Assembly (NCBI GenBank): GCA_965116665.1
Contig: OZ220709.1
Coordinates: 1,340,669 to 1,404,668, forward strand
Direction of reading: 5' to 3'
DNA length: 64,000 nucleotides
From: Acidimicrobiales bacterium
Lineage (GTDB): Bacteria; Actinomycetota; Acidimicrobiia; Acidimicrobiales; Aldehydirespiratoraceae
Within the stretch, counting starts at the first letter, position 1. The number at the start of each line of letters is the position of its first letter. Positions 17,191 to 27,934 of this stretch are shown here, piece after piece. Below the pieces are notes generated by a model. It had not been told where the DNA came from. It saw nothing but the letters and a program-made list of their open reading frames with translations, and ran no database searches. Made by a program: the position numbers and the translations under genes.

Positions 17191-20100
17191 TTGTCGGTGA
17201 TCTTGGGGTTCGGTGATCTGGTCGCGGGTATGCGGCTCTCGGGGGTGGTGGCTGATGGCGATGTGACGGTGGTGGCTGTGGACGTTCACGGTCCCGGTTC
17301 GGCCACGCTGACCTATCGCACCGGCGATGGTCGTCTGGGCGAGCGGATCGTCTTCGACGACGACCTCGCAAGGTTCTCGGAAGTGTCTGAGCGGCGGTGG
17401 AGCTTCGACGCGGACGCGGCGATGTTCTGTTTGGCGTCGGAGGCCCGCCGCATGCAGCAGGCCCACCTTGCGGACCCGTTCGCGGCGGTGGACACCTCCA
17501 ACATCGATCCGTTTCCGCATCAGATCGACGCTGTGTACAACCGTCTGTTGACCCAGAAGCCGCTGCGGTTCCTGCTGGCTGATGACCCGGGAGCGGGCAA
17601 GACGATCATGTCGGGCCTGCTGGTGCGCGAGTTGATGCTGCGCGGCGATGTGGCCCGCTGCCTGATAGTCGCGCCGGGCAGCCTGGTCGAGCAGTGGCAG
17701 GACGAGATGTGGGACAAGTTCGACCTGACATTCGAGCTGATGTCACGCGCCGCGGTAGAGGCGTCACGCACTGGCAACCCGTTCACCGACAAGAGCCGGC
17801 TGATAGCGAGGGTCGATCAGCTGGCCCGGTCCGAGGACCTGATGGCCAAGCTCGAAGCCTCGGACTGGGACCTGGTAATCGTGGACGAGGCCCACAAGAT
17901 GTCCGCTCACCGCTACGGCGACGAGCTGCGCCGCACGAAACGGTTCTCCCTGGGCGAGAAGCTGCGCGACTGCACCCGCCATCTGCTGCTGTTGACGGCT
18001 ACGCCCCACAACGGCAAGAACGAGGACTTCTTGGCGTTCATGACTCTGATCGATCCTGAGCGCTTCGCGGGGCGGCTGCGAACCGTCGGCAAGGGCGGCT
18101 CAGACGGCGATGCGCCGCCGATGCCAGATGTGAGCGACGTGATGCGGCGCCAGGTCAAAGAAAGCCTGCGAACCTTCGAAGGCAAACGGCTGTTCCCCCA
18201 ACGCCACGCTTACAGCCTCAAGTTCGAGCTGTCCGAACCCGAGACGGAGCTCTATGAAGCTGTCACGGCATACGTCAGCCAGGGCATGAACCGCGCCGCC
18301 AGGATGCAGGCCGAGGGCGACAAGCGCAGAGGAATCATCATCGGGTTCGCTCTGGCCAGCCTCCAGCGGCGGCTGGCGTCATCACCAGCCGCGATCTATC
18401 ACTCGCTGCGTCGCCGTCGCGACCGCCTGGCCGAGCAGGCCGCTGAGCTACGCCGCCTCGCGGCGTCAGGCAAGCCGGTCCCGGTGATCGAACTGCCCAA
18501 AGGTGTAAGGCTGGCCGAACTGGACGACATCGACTCAGGGTTCGACCTCGACGACTACGGCGACACCGAACGCGAGGAACTCGAACATCTCGTGATCGAC
18601 TCGGCCACAGCCTCCGAGTCAGCCGACGAACTCGAGAAGGAAGTCGACGAGTTGGACGAGCTGGTGAAGCTGGCCGACAGTGTCCGCAACAGCGGTATCG
18701 ACACCAAATGGGTCGAGCTGCGCAACCTGCTGCGCTCCGAGCACTTCACTTCGCCGAACCCGGCCACATCCGAAGGGCTCACCGATAGCGACCCAGGGCC
18801 GGTCCGCAAGCTGATCGTGTTCTCCGAGCACAAGGACACCCTCGACTATGTGGCTGAGAGGATCCAGGCGGAACTGGGTTGCCCCGAAGCAGTGGTCAGG
18901 ATCCACGGCGGGATCAAGCGTCACGACCGCCGAGCCATTCAGGACCGGTTCCGTGTGGATCCCACCGTTCGGGTGCTGGTGGCTACCGACGCCGCCGGCG
19001 AGGGCGTCAACCTGCAGGTCGCCAACATGATGGTCAACTACGACCTACCGTGGAACCCGAACCGCATCGAGCAGCGCTTCGGGCGGGTGCACCGCATAGG
19101 CCAGCACCTGCCGTGTCACCTGTGGAACCTTGTCGCTCACCGCACCCGAGAGGGCAAGGTGTTCGAGCGACTCTTCGACAAGATCGAACAGCAGCGCACC
19201 GTGTACGGCGACCAGGTCTATGACGTGCTGGGCGCCTCCCAGATCAACACGTCGCTGCGGGACCTGCTCATGCGAGCCATCGCCGACGACGCCGACCCCG
19301 CCCACGCCGCGTGGATGGACGAAGTGATAGAAGCCGACATCGGCCCCACCATGGAGGCCGTGCTCAAGGAACGGGCACTCATAGCCGGGTTGGCCGACCC
19401 CGCGGCCAACGACAAGATCCGCCGCGACATGGAGATCGCCCGAGCTCGCAAGCTCCAACCCTGGTTCGTCGAGTCGTTCTTCACTGAGGCGCTGCGCCGC
19501 TACGGCGGACGCATCGCTCGCCGAGAACAAGGCCGATTCGAAGTAACCAGAATCCCAGCAGCGGTGCGCGCCGTGGCCGATCCCCGTCTTGGCCCGGTGC
19601 ATGACCGCTACCAGCGCGTGACCTTCGACAAAGCCAACATCCAGCTTGACAGCTCCAGCCACAGCGTCGGCGCCGTGCGAGCGGAGTTGATCTCACCGGG
19701 CACGCCGCTGCTGTCAGCGGTCATCACCAGAGTGCTCGCCGACCACGCCGAAACCCTCCAACGCGGAGCCGTATTGATCGATCCCACCGACTCTTCGATT
19801 GAACCGCGGCTGCTGGTCTACCTTGATCACACCATCACTGACGGACGCCGGGTCCACGGAGACCGCCAGGTGGTCTCGCGGCGGTTTCACTACGTCGAGA
19901 TCGACCGCCACGACAACACAGCGGATCCCGGCGGTGAGCCCTACTTCAACTACGCGCCCCCATCGGAAGATGAACGAGGTCTGCTGGAGGGGCGGCTTGA
20001 TCTTGACTGGGCCAGCCACACCGCCGAGGACACCGCCCGAGCCTGGGCCATCGAACACCTCGCTGGCCCGCACTTCGACGAGATCGACGCAATCACCGAA

Positions 20101-20796
20101 GCTCGTGTCGCCAAAGTCAAGGCCGCGGTGGCTGAGCGCCTGCACTCTGAGATCCGCTACTGGGACAAACGAGCATCAGAGATCAAGGTCCAAGAGACCG
20201 CCGGGCGCAAACCCAGACTCAACTCGGCTCGCGCGCAGGCCAGAGCCGAGGAACTCGCAGCGCGCCTGGAGCGCCGACGCCTAGAACTCGACTTGGAATC
20301 GGACCTCCACAACAACCCGCCCACAGTCGTCGCAGCCGCAGTTGTCGTACCCCAGGGACTGCTCGACGAACTAGCAGGCAAGCCGCACGATCCAGCCGAC
20401 GCGGCTGTGCGGGCCGAGACCGACCGCCGGGCCGTGGCTGCGGTGATGAACACCGAGCGGGCGCTCGGCCGGGTGCCCGAGCAACAACACCACTCCAACC
20501 CCGGCTATGACGTGCTCTCAACCGATCCCACCACCGGCGTCTGCTACTTCATCGAAGTCAAAGGCCACTTGCCCCAAACTGAGCAGATCAGCGTCAGCAA
20601 ACGCCAAGTAGGCCAAGCCAAGTGCAGCCCCGAACGCTGGCGCCTAGCGGTGGTGTCTGTGCCCGAGGATCCCGACGCCGAGCCCCAAGTGCGCTATCTG
20701 ATCAACCCGTTCGAAGCAGTGACCCTGCACCCGGCTCAGACCAGCGTCCCGTTCAACGTCGCTGAACTGCTCACCTACGCGAGCCCGCCGCAGTGA
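17191..20796 (+). CDS. SNF2-family helicase with C-terminal DUF3883-type (PD-(D/E)xK-like) domain
   Basis: ORF 17191..20796. Motifs: LLADDPGAGKT, VIVDEAHK, LLLTATPHNGK, VLVATDAAGEGVNLQ, NPNRIEQRFGRVHRIGQ. C-terminal NPGYDVLS...CYFIEVKGH. Confidence 0.9.
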   Translation: MSVILGFGDLVAGMRLSGVVADGDVTVVAVDVHGPGSATLTYRTGDGRLGERIVFDDDLARFSEVSERRWSFDADAAMFCLASEARRMQQAHLADPFAAVDTSNIDPFPHQIDAVYNRLLTQKPLRFLLADDPGAGKTIMSGLLVRELMLRGDVARCLIVAPGSLVEQWQDEMWDKFDLTFELMSRAAVEASRTGNPFTDKSRLIARVDQLARSEDLMAKLEASDWDLVIVDEAHKMSAHRYGDELRRTKRFSLGEKLRDCTRHLLLLTATPHNGKNEDFLAFMTLIDPERFAGRLRTVGKGGSDGDAPPMPDVSDVMRRQVKESLRTFEGKRLFPQRHAYSLKFELSEPETELYEAVTAYVSQGMNRAARMQAEGDKRRGIIIGFALASLQRRLASSPAAIYHSLRRRRDRLAEQAAELRRLAASGKPVPVIELPKGVRLAELDDIDSGFDLDDYGDTEREELEHLVIDSATASESADELEKEVDELDELVKLADSVRNSGIDTKWVELRNLLRSEHFTSPNPATSEGLTDSDPGPVRKLIVFSEHKDTLDYVAERIQAELGCPEAVVRIHGGIKRHDRRAIQDRFRVDPTVRVLVATDAAGEGVNLQVANMMVNYDLPWNPNRIEQRFGRVHRIGQHLPCHLWNLVAHRTREGKVFERLFDKIEQQRTVYGDQVYDVLGASQINTSLRDLLMRAIADDADPAHAAWMDEVIEADIGPTMEAVLKERALIAGLADPAANDKIRRDMEIARARKLQPWFVESFFTEALRRYGGRIARREQGRFEVTRIPAAVRAVADPRLGPVHDRYQRVTFDKANIQLDSSSHSVGAVRAELISPGTPLLSAVITRVLADHAETLQRGAVLIDPTDSSIEPRLLVYLDHTITDGRRVHGDRQVVSRRFHYVEIDRHDNTADPGGEPYFNYAPPSEDERGLLEGRLDLDWASHTAEDTARAWAIEHLAGPHFDEIDAITEARVAKVKAAVAERLHSEIRYWDKRASEIKVQETAGRKPRLNSARAQARAEELAARLERRRLELDLESDLHNNPPTVVAAAVVVPQGLLDELAGKPHDPADAAVRAETDRRAVAAVMNTERALGRVPEQQHHSNPGYDVLSTDPTTGVCYFIEVKGHLPQTEQISVSKRQVGQAKCSPERWRLAVVSVPEDPDAEPQVRYLINPFEAVTLHPAQTSVPFNVAELLTYASPPQ

Positions 20797-20896
20797 CTCG
20801 CCGTGGCGGCGCCACACCCGCTCGGGAGCAAGTCTGCGGTACACCCGGGCCTGTGGGTCCCTTTCATCCGCAGCGCCTCGTATAGCTTGACCGGCC

Positions 20897-23662
20897 GTGA
20901 TGCAGTACCGACCCAAGCTGATTGAGGTGGCGCTGCCGCTGGCGGCGATCAATGCCGAGGCGGCGCGGGAGAAGTCACTGCGACACGGGCATCCCTCGAC
21001 CCTGCATCTCTGGTGGGCTCGCCGACCGCTGGCAGCAGCACGGGCGGTGATTTGGGCGTCGCTTGTGGACGACCCCTCCGGCGACCCGTCGTTGTCTTCG
21101 GAGGAGCAGAAGGCTGAACGGGACCGGCTATTCGGGATCCTTGAGCGGCTGGTCAAGTGGGAGAACTCTAACGACCCCAACGTGTTGGCCGAGGCCCGCA
21201 TTGAAATCGACCGCTGCTTCCCCAACGGGGCTCCCTCCATCCTGGATCCCTTCGCCGGAGGAGGGGCTATCCCATTGGAGGCGCAGCGACTCGGACTTGA
21301 GGCGGTGTCCGGGGATCTGAACCCGGTAGCGGTGCTCATCAACAAGGCGATGATCGAGATCCCGCCCCGCTTCGCTGGGATACCGCCTGTGCATCCTGAC
21401 ACAAACGAGCGCACCACTTGGCAGCGAGCCCAAGGACTAGCCGCTGATGTCGAGATCTACGGAAAGTGGATGCGTAGCCAAGCCATACGCCGCATCGGAC
21501 ACCTCTACCCTGACGCCACCGGCCCCGACGGCGAGAAACTCACACCCATTGCCTGGATCTGGGCCCGCACCGTCGAGTCACCCGACCCGAGTTGGTCTGG
21601 CCACGTTCCGCTGGTGGGGTCGTGGACACTCGTAAGGAAACCCGGCAAGCCCCAAGTCTGGATCGAGCCGATTATCGACCACCAAGCCCAGACGATCAGC
21701 TACGAGATCCGCGAAGGCGGCGAACCGTCATATGCAGAGTCATGCAGCGGAGGCAACGGAACCTGCTTGGCAACAGGTGCCGCTATCCCGACCTCATATA
21801 TCAAGACCGAGAGCCGTGCCGGGCGAACACGTCATGATCTGATCGCTGTCGTTGCTGAGGGGAATGGTATCCGTCACTACTGCTCGCCAAGGCCGGCCGA
21901 CTCGAGGGCAGCAGCCGAGGCACAACCCCGATGGAGACCGGAAGCGTCGCTACCAGACAAGGGTCTCGGGTTCCGTGTACAAGCCTATGGCCTCGGCGAA
22001 TGGTGGAAGCTGTTCACGGCGAGACAACTCACCGTGCTAACGACGTTCTCGGATCTTCTCGACGAAGTTGCGGACAAGGTGATTGCAGATGCACTAGCGA
22101 GCGGCATGGCTGGCGATGAGAAGCGGCTCCGAGATGGCGGAAATGGCGCCGCGGCGTATGCCGACGCGGTCGTCACCTATCTTGCTCTCGTAGTCGATCG
22201 TCTGGCGGACCGGAACTCGACTCTCTGCTCCTGGGATGTGTCACGGCAACACGCTCGGAATGTATTCGCTCGTCAGACAATATCGATGACCTGGGACTTC
22301 ACCGAAAACAACCCGCTCGGCGCGTCGTCGGGAAGTTGGCTGAATTACTTATCAGGACTCGTGCGCGCAATCGAGCGGCTACCAGCCTCGCGGGCCGGCA
22401 CAGTTGTGCAGCGCGATGCTCGAGCGCACGTGGCAGAGTCTGTCGGCGCTGTCATCTCCACAGACCCTCCGTACTACGACAACGTTGGATACGCCGACAT
22501 CTCCGACTTCTTCTATGTTTGGATGCGTGAGAACCTCCTGAAGACGTGGCCCGATGAACTCTCGACGCTATTAACACCGAAGGCGGACGAACTGATTGCC
22601 GACCCGGGTCGTCACGGAGGATCGGTCGGTGCCAAGAGACACTTCGAGTCGGGGATGGCCGAGTTCATGGAGACACTCGCAACGAGCGTGTCTCACGAGA
22701 TTCCGGCAACGGTCTACTACGCCTACAAGGCCACCGAGACGAAAGACGGTGAGATTCGTTCCACCGGTTGGGACACGTTCCTGCAAGCCGTTGTCGACGC
22801 AGGATTGCAAGTCAACGCCACCTGGCCCCTACGCACGGAATTAGCCAATCGCCCCCGCGGTATCGGTTCCAATGCGCTCGCTTCGTCCATCGTCCTCGCC
22901 TGTCGCCCCCGCTCAGAATCCGCAGCACCAGCCACGCGCGGCGAGTTCATCGCAGCTCTAAGGCAGGAGCTTCCCGAGGCGGTTCGGGTGTTGCAGTCGG
23001 GCGACATCCGTCCGGTGGACATGGCGCAATCCACGATTGGGCCCGGCATCAAGGTGTTCTCCCGCTATGGGCAGGTCGTGGAGGCTGACGGCTCACCCAT
23101 GCGAGTCTCAGCCGCTCTGGGGATCATCAACGACGTGCTCGGTGAGGTGCTCGACGGTACCGAGGCCGATCTCGACGCCGACACCCGCTTCGCGCTGACA
23201 TGGTTCGCAGAGCACGGTTACAACGCCGGTCCCTCAGGCGACGCCGACAGCGTGGCACGAGCCAAGAACACCTCGTTGGCTGGCATCGAGGCGTCCGGCG
23301 TCGGGGAGGCCCGAGCGGGGGAGTTCCGGCTGTATGAGCGCACTGAACTGGACCCCGACTGGTTACCGGCCGAGGACAGTCGGCGGACGGTGTGGGAGGC
23401 CACCCAGTACATGGCGGCCGCTCTGGAGCGTTCGGAGTCAGAGGCGGCTGATCTGCTGTACGCCCTCGGTGGTGATGGCGACCGGGCCCGCCAGCTCGCC
23501 TACTTGCTGTATCAGACAGCGAATGATCGGGGCTGGGCGTCCGAGGCGGGTGCCTATGACGCTCTCATCGCCGCTTGGCCGAGTTTGCGCGTCGGCGCCG
23601 CCCGTGTCGCCGCCACGGTCGCGGCCGAGGCCGTCGGCCCCGTCCAACAAGTACTGCTATGA
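20897..23662 (+). CDS. DUF1156-type DNA amino-methyltransferase
   Basis: ORF 20897..23662. N-terminal KLIEVALPLAAINAEAAREKSLRHGHPSTLHLWWARRP, motif I ILDPFAGGGAIPLEAQRLG, motif IV ISTDPPYYDNVGYADISDFFYVW. Confidence 0.9.
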   Translation: MMQYRPKLIEVALPLAAINAEAAREKSLRHGHPSTLHLWWARRPLAAARAVIWASLVDDPSGDPSLSSEEQKAERDRLFGILERLVKWENSNDPNVLAEARIEIDRCFPNGAPSILDPFAGGGAIPLEAQRLGLEAVSGDLNPVAVLINKAMIEIPPRFAGIPPVHPDTNERTTWQRAQGLAADVEIYGKWMRSQAIRRIGHLYPDATGPDGEKLTPIAWIWARTVESPDPSWSGHVPLVGSWTLVRKPGKPQVWIEPIIDHQAQTISYEIREGGEPSYAESCSGGNGTCLATGAAIPTSYIKTESRAGRTRHDLIAVVAEGNGIRHYCSPRPADSRAAAEAQPRWRPEASLPDKGLGFRVQAYGLGEWWKLFTARQLTVLTTFSDLLDEVADKVIADALASGMAGDEKRLRDGGNGAAAYADAVVTYLALVVDRLADRNSTLCSWDVSRQHARNVFARQTISMTWDFTENNPLGASSGSWLNYLSGLVRAIERLPASRAGTVVQRDARAHVAESVGAVISTDPPYYDNVGYADISDFFYVWMRENLLKTWPDELSTLLTPKADELIADPGRHGGSVGAKRHFESGMAEFMETLATSVSHEIPATVYYAYKATETKDGEIRSTGWDTFLQAVVDAGLQVNATWPLRTELANRPRGIGSNALASSIVLACRPRSESAAPATRGEFIAALRQELPEAVRVLQSGDIRPVDMAQSTIGPGIKVFSRYGQVVEADGSPMRVSAALGIINDVLGEVLDGTEADLDADTRFALTWFAEHGYNAGPSGDADSVARAKNTSLAGIEASGVGEARAGEFRLYERTELDPDWLPAEDSRRTVWEATQYMAAALERSESEAADLLYALGGDGDRARQLAYLLYQTANDRGWASEAGAYDALIAAWPSLRVGAARVAATVAAEAVGPVQQVLL

Positions 23663-23789
23663 CCGAGCCAGTCCGTGCTGGCACACTGTGTAACGATGAC
23701 CTCGGAGACGACGTCATGAAGAACGGCTGCACCGTTGTGCCTGCCGTGCCCGCAGCGCATCGATGCCCAAGTGCTGGAGGTCCATCAAG

Positions 23790-26700
23790 ATGGTGATGGC
23801 CAACACCGAGCGGATCGCAAAGGCGCTCATCCTGCTGCGTGACGGGCTCAGCCCCAGGTGTGAAGCCGCTTGGCAGAGGCTCTATGGCGACAACTGGCTC
23901 CAGAGCGTCAACTCCAAGCTCCGCAAGCCCGACAGGAACCCCACCACTGACGATGTGGCGTTTCTGTGCAATGGCATCAAGGCCACCTGGGACGAGGTGT
24001 TCGGCCGCGAACATTCTCCCGCTGTGCGGTCACTGGTGTTCGAGATCTCCGCCATCCGCAATCGCTGGGCTCATCAAGACTCGAAGCTGTCAGTGGCCAG
24101 CGATGATGCATTGCGAGCCCTCGACTCGATGGAACGGTTGCTGGAGGCGTTTAGCAACAAGGACGAGCGAGGCCAAATCCGCAGCCTGCGCCGCGACCTC
24201 ATGCGCCAGATGTTCGATGAGGAATCTCGCAGCGAGCGTCGCCGAACTGCCGCGCAGGCCACCGAGGGCACCCCCCAGTCGGGGCTCAAGCCATGGCGCG
24301 AACTCATCACACCGCACCAGGACGTGGCCAGCGGCAACTTCGTGCAGGCCGAGTATGCGGCTGATCTGGATCTCGTAGCCAACGGCGGCGCCGAGGACGA
24401 GTACCAGGACCCGTATGCGTTCTTCGCGCGCACCTACATCACCCAGGGCCTCCGCGATCTGCTCTCGGGAGCGGCCAAGCGGCTGGCAGGCAAGGGCGGG
24501 GACCCGGTGATCGAACTGCAGACCAATTTCGGTGGCGGCAAGACCCACTCGTTGATAGCGCTGTACCACCTGGCTTCGGGTGTCGACATCAACAAGCTGC
24601 CGGGGTTGGCCGATGTGCTAGCCGAAGAGAAGATCACCTTGCCCTCAAAGATCAACCGGGCGGTACTGGTGGGCCAGAAGATCTCGCCAGCGACACCGGA
24701 GACGGTCGCAGACGGTGTCGTGTTGCACACCTTGTGGGGTCGTCTCGCCTACCAGCTCGGCGGAGAAGAGGGCTACGCCATGGTGGAGGCCGACGACGTT
24801 GCGGGCACTAGCCCCGGCGCGGCTCTCACGAAGCTGTTCGACCGGTTCGGGCCGGCGGTGGTGCTCATCGACGAATGGGTCGCCTACGCCCGCCAGCTGC
24901 GCGATAGCCCTGCCAACGGTGACGGCGCCGGAGAGCGACTTGCCGGCGGGGACTTCGACACCCAGTTCACGTTCGCCCAGGCACTCACCGAGGCCGCCGC
25001 CGCGGTACCCAACGTGGTGGTGCTGGTATCGATCCCCGCCTCGGAGGTCGAGGTGGGCGGCCCGCGGGGCCGTACCGCGCTGGAGAAGCTCAAGAACGTC
25101 GTGGCTCGCACAGCCGCGCAGTGGCAGCCAGCGTCTCCTGACGAGTCCTTCGAGATCGTACGCCGGAGACTTTTTGACCCGCTGTCAGCGGAGAAGGCCA
25201 GAGCACGAGACAGCGTGATTTACGCGTTCAGCGGCATGTACCGAGACCAGCACGGCGAGTTCCCGCCCGGAGTGGCCGAGGGCGATTACCGCCGCCGTAT
25301 GCAGCTGTGCTACCCGATCCACCCCGAGTTGTTCGACCGGCTCTTTGACGACTGGTCCGCTCTCGACAAGTTCCAACGCACCCGCGGCGTTCTGCGGCTG
25401 ATGGCGTTGGCGATCTCCGAGATGTGGCAGCGCAACGACCAGTCACTGCTAATCATGCCGGGCAACCTGCCGATGGACTTCGGGCTGCTGGTCAGCGAGA
25501 TGAAGAAGTACCTCGAGGACGGCTGGGACCCAGTCATCAAGTCCGACGTCGACGGAGCCAACTCACTGCCGTTGCGCATCGACAGCGAAGTCAGCCACCT
25601 CGGACGGCTGTCCGCGGCCCGTCGAGCAGCCCGCACGGTGTACATGGGGTCCGCGCCGCGTCCAGACGGCAAGCAGGGAGTGGACCTCAAGTCGGTAGTG
25701 CTGGGCTGCGCACAGCCCGGTGAGTCTCCTCAGCAGTTCGCGGATGCTCTCAGACGCCTCTCAAACAAGGCCACCCACCTCTATGTCGCTGGCGCCCAGT
25801 ACTGGTATTCGCTGACCCCAAACGTGACCCGCATCGCCGAGGACCGGGCCCGTTCCAACTTCGACGCCCGCGACGCCGACGACGAGGCACGCTCCCGTAT
25901 CGCAGCCCAACGAGACAGGGGCTCCTTTGCGGCGGTACAGGTGTTCGCCGCGGGACCCGGGGATGTGCCCGACAACGACGACGGTGTGCGCCTTGTGATT
26001 CTCGAGCCGAACGCCACCCACTCCCTCAACGACGCGAACTCGCCCGCGGTGGCTCTCGCTGACAGGATCCTGACGCAGCGTGACGCCGGACCGAGACTGA
26101 ACCGCAACCTGGTGGTGTTCGTGGCCGCGGCCGCCAACCGCCTCGACGAACTACGCGACGCGGCCCGGCGCTACCGGGCGTGGGAATCGGTTGTCGGCGA
26201 CGAATCGCTGAACCTCACTGCCCACCAGCAACGCCAAGCCGAATCTCAGATGGCCGAGACGTCCAAGCAGGTCGACAGCCTCATCGCAGAGACGTTCACC
26301 TTGGTGCTCGCACCGTCGCAGAAGCCCGGCACCTCCGAGGTGGAATGGCAGACCATCCGGGCCAACTCAGCAGGTGACATCGCCGCACGAGTCAGCCGGA
26401 AACTCGCAACCGAGGAGCAACTCATCAACACCTACAGCGGGAGGCGGATCCGCATGGACCTCGACCGCCGCGAATTGTGGTCGGACCGCGGCGACATTGC
26501 CGTGCATGAGCTATGGGAGACCTACGCCCGGTTCCTTCACATGCCCCGCCTCGCCAGCCGTGAGACTCTGAATCATGCCATCGCCGCCAGAGCCACAGAC
26601 CTCACATGGCAACAAGAGACCTTCGCCTACGCGGAGGGCCACGACGGCGAACAGTGGCTGGGCCTGCGCACCGACACCGCCGTCGCCCCCGCCCCCAGCG

Positions 26701-27056
26701 GCCTGCTCGTACATCCAGACAAGGTCCCAGCACCCGCTCCGCAGCCCCAGCCACCGCCCGTCGCGCCCGCAGGTGGCACCCATACACCACCGGGCCCGCC
26801 CCGCGGCGACCCCGAACCACCCACAGCCCCGGTCTTGCCCAGAGAGTTCTACGCCCAGTTCCACCTCGACGTCATCCGCTGCATCAAACAACTAGACGCA
26901 ATCATCGAGAACGTCAGCAACAAACTCGGCGACTCCGACATCGACCTAGTGCTCGAACTCCGCGCCAAGAACCGGCAGGGCTTCAACGAGTCCACACAAC
27001 GAACCGTCTCAGAGAACGCCCGCAACCTGGAAGCCCAATCTTCCGAATTTGAATAG
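23790..27056 (+). CDS. DUF499-type P-loop ATPase with N-terminal Swt1-like HEPN domain
   Basis: ATG 23790 with GGAGG 9 nt upstream (ORF track start 23763). RxxxxH motif AIRNRWAH at 24057-24074. P-loop QTNFGGGKTHSLIALYHL. Large helical C-terminal region. Confidence 0.85.
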   Translation: MVMANTERIAKALILLRDGLSPRCEAAWQRLYGDNWLQSVNSKLRKPDRNPTTDDVAFLCNGIKATWDEVFGREHSPAVRSLVFEISAIRNRWAHQDSKLSVASDDALRALDSMERLLEAFSNKDERGQIRSLRRDLMRQMFDEESRSERRRTAAQATEGTPQSGLKPWRELITPHQDVASGNFVQAEYAADLDLVANGGAEDEYQDPYAFFARTYITQGLRDLLSGAAKRLAGKGGDPVIELQTNFGGGKTHSLIALYHLASGVDINKLPGLADVLAEEKITLPSKINRAVLVGQKISPATPETVADGVVLHTLWGRLAYQLGGEEGYAMVEADDVAGTSPGAALTKLFDRFGPAVVLIDEWVAYARQLRDSPANGDGAGERLAGGDFDTQFTFAQALTEAAAAVPNVVVLVSIPASEVEVGGPRGRTALEKLKNVVARTAAQWQPASPDESFEIVRRRLFDPLSAEKARARDSVIYAFSGMYRDQHGEFPPGVAEGDYRRRMQLCYPIHPELFDRLFDDWSALDKFQRTRGVLRLMALAISEMWQRNDQSLLIMPGNLPMDFGLLVSEMKKYLEDGWDPVIKSDVDGANSLPLRIDSEVSHLGRLSAARRAARTVYMGSAPRPDGKQGVDLKSVVLGCAQPGESPQQFADALRRLSNKATHLYVAGAQYWYSLTPNVTRIAEDRARSNFDARDADDEARSRIAAQRDRGSFAAVQVFAAGPGDVPDNDDGVRLVILEPNATHSLNDANSPAVALADRILTQRDAGPRLNRNLVVFVAAAANRLDELRDAARRYRAWESVVGDESLNLTAHQQRQAESQMAETSKQVDSLIAETFTLVLAPSQKPGTSEVEWQTIRANSAGDIAARVSRKLATEEQLINTYSGRRIRMDLDRRELWSDRGDIAVHELWETYARFLHMPRLASRETLNHAIAARATDLTWQQETFAYAEGHDGEQWLGLRTDTAVAPAPSGLLVHPDKVPAPAPQPQPPPVAPAGGTHTPPGPPRGDPEPPTAPVLPREFYAQFHLDVIRCIKQLDAIIENVSNKLGDSDIDLVLELRAKNRQGFNESTQRTVSENARNLEAQSSEFE

Positions 27057-27084
27057 CCGCCGGTTCAACCCGCTGCTCTAGCCC

Positions 27085-27546
27085 TTACCAGTGCGCGTCA
27101 ACATCTAGGGAGAATCGAAGGCTTCGTCCCCGATGGACGCTGCCAGCAGTAGTGGCAACTCGCGGCCGGAGTCTTGCCTGGCTACGTTTCGCGGAGAACC
27201 TCGGTGACAAGCCCTGGAGCACGGAAGCGATTGGCTCGGTCGGAAAATACCACGTCGCTGCGGTGCCGGGATCCAACGTCGCTGGGAGTTCTGGGTGGGC
27301 TTGAGGTGGCGGCGCGCCTTGCGTGGGGAATCCGAACTTGCGAGCAAACATGAGGCGGATGTCCCGGATCTCAACCTTGGCGCCGCCCCTGTTCGTGACG
27401 TCCACCTTCACAGAGTTCTGCGTGAAGCCGAATTCCCGACTAACGGGGCCACGTATTTCTTCAGCGGACACGCGAATGCGCCAACGCCAGTAGAACACGT
27501 ACTTGACCATGTTGAATACAACCAGTACCAGCGGGCTGGGATCCAC
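27085..27546 (-). CDS. Small membrane-anchored hypothetical protein
   Basis: ORF 27085..27546 with an N-terminal hydrophobic helix PLVLVVFNMVKYVFYW. Lower-GC codon usage consistent with the surrounding island. No known domain. Confidence 0.4.
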   Translation of the reverse strand: MDPSPLVLVVFNMVKYVFYWRWRIRVSAEEIRGPVSREFGFTQNSVKVDVTNRGGAKVEIRDIRLMFARKFGFPTQGAPPPQAHPELPATLDPGTAATWYFPTEPIASVLQGLSPRFSAKRSQARLRPRVATTAGSVHRGRSLRFSLDVDAHW

Positions 27547-27934
27547 TCTGAGATTCTACGAGCCAGAGGCTCAGCCTCTAGTGGTTCCGCCATGGGTTCC
27601 CCATCGACGACCGCGGTTGCGCTCACCGCTGACGGAGCAGGTCTGCTCGAATGATCGTGGCCGAGACTGAAGCGGGGGCAGCGTTGGCAGTCCCTGGGCA
27701 GGTGTTCGCGGCCATGGAGCCGCGAACACCTAGTCAGCGTGCGGCCTGAGCCGTGGGCTTGCAGCACGCCACAACGGCGCCGGGATGGTCAAGATCATCA
27801 AGCCGGTAGAACACATCATCGTGGGGGAGCCGGACGTGCATGTGATGTAGCCCGTCGGCTGCAATGGGTCAGCCTGTTGATTCCGCCAAAGAGGATCGGG
27901 CGGCACACCCGTCGACAGGTACCGTTCCGAGGCG

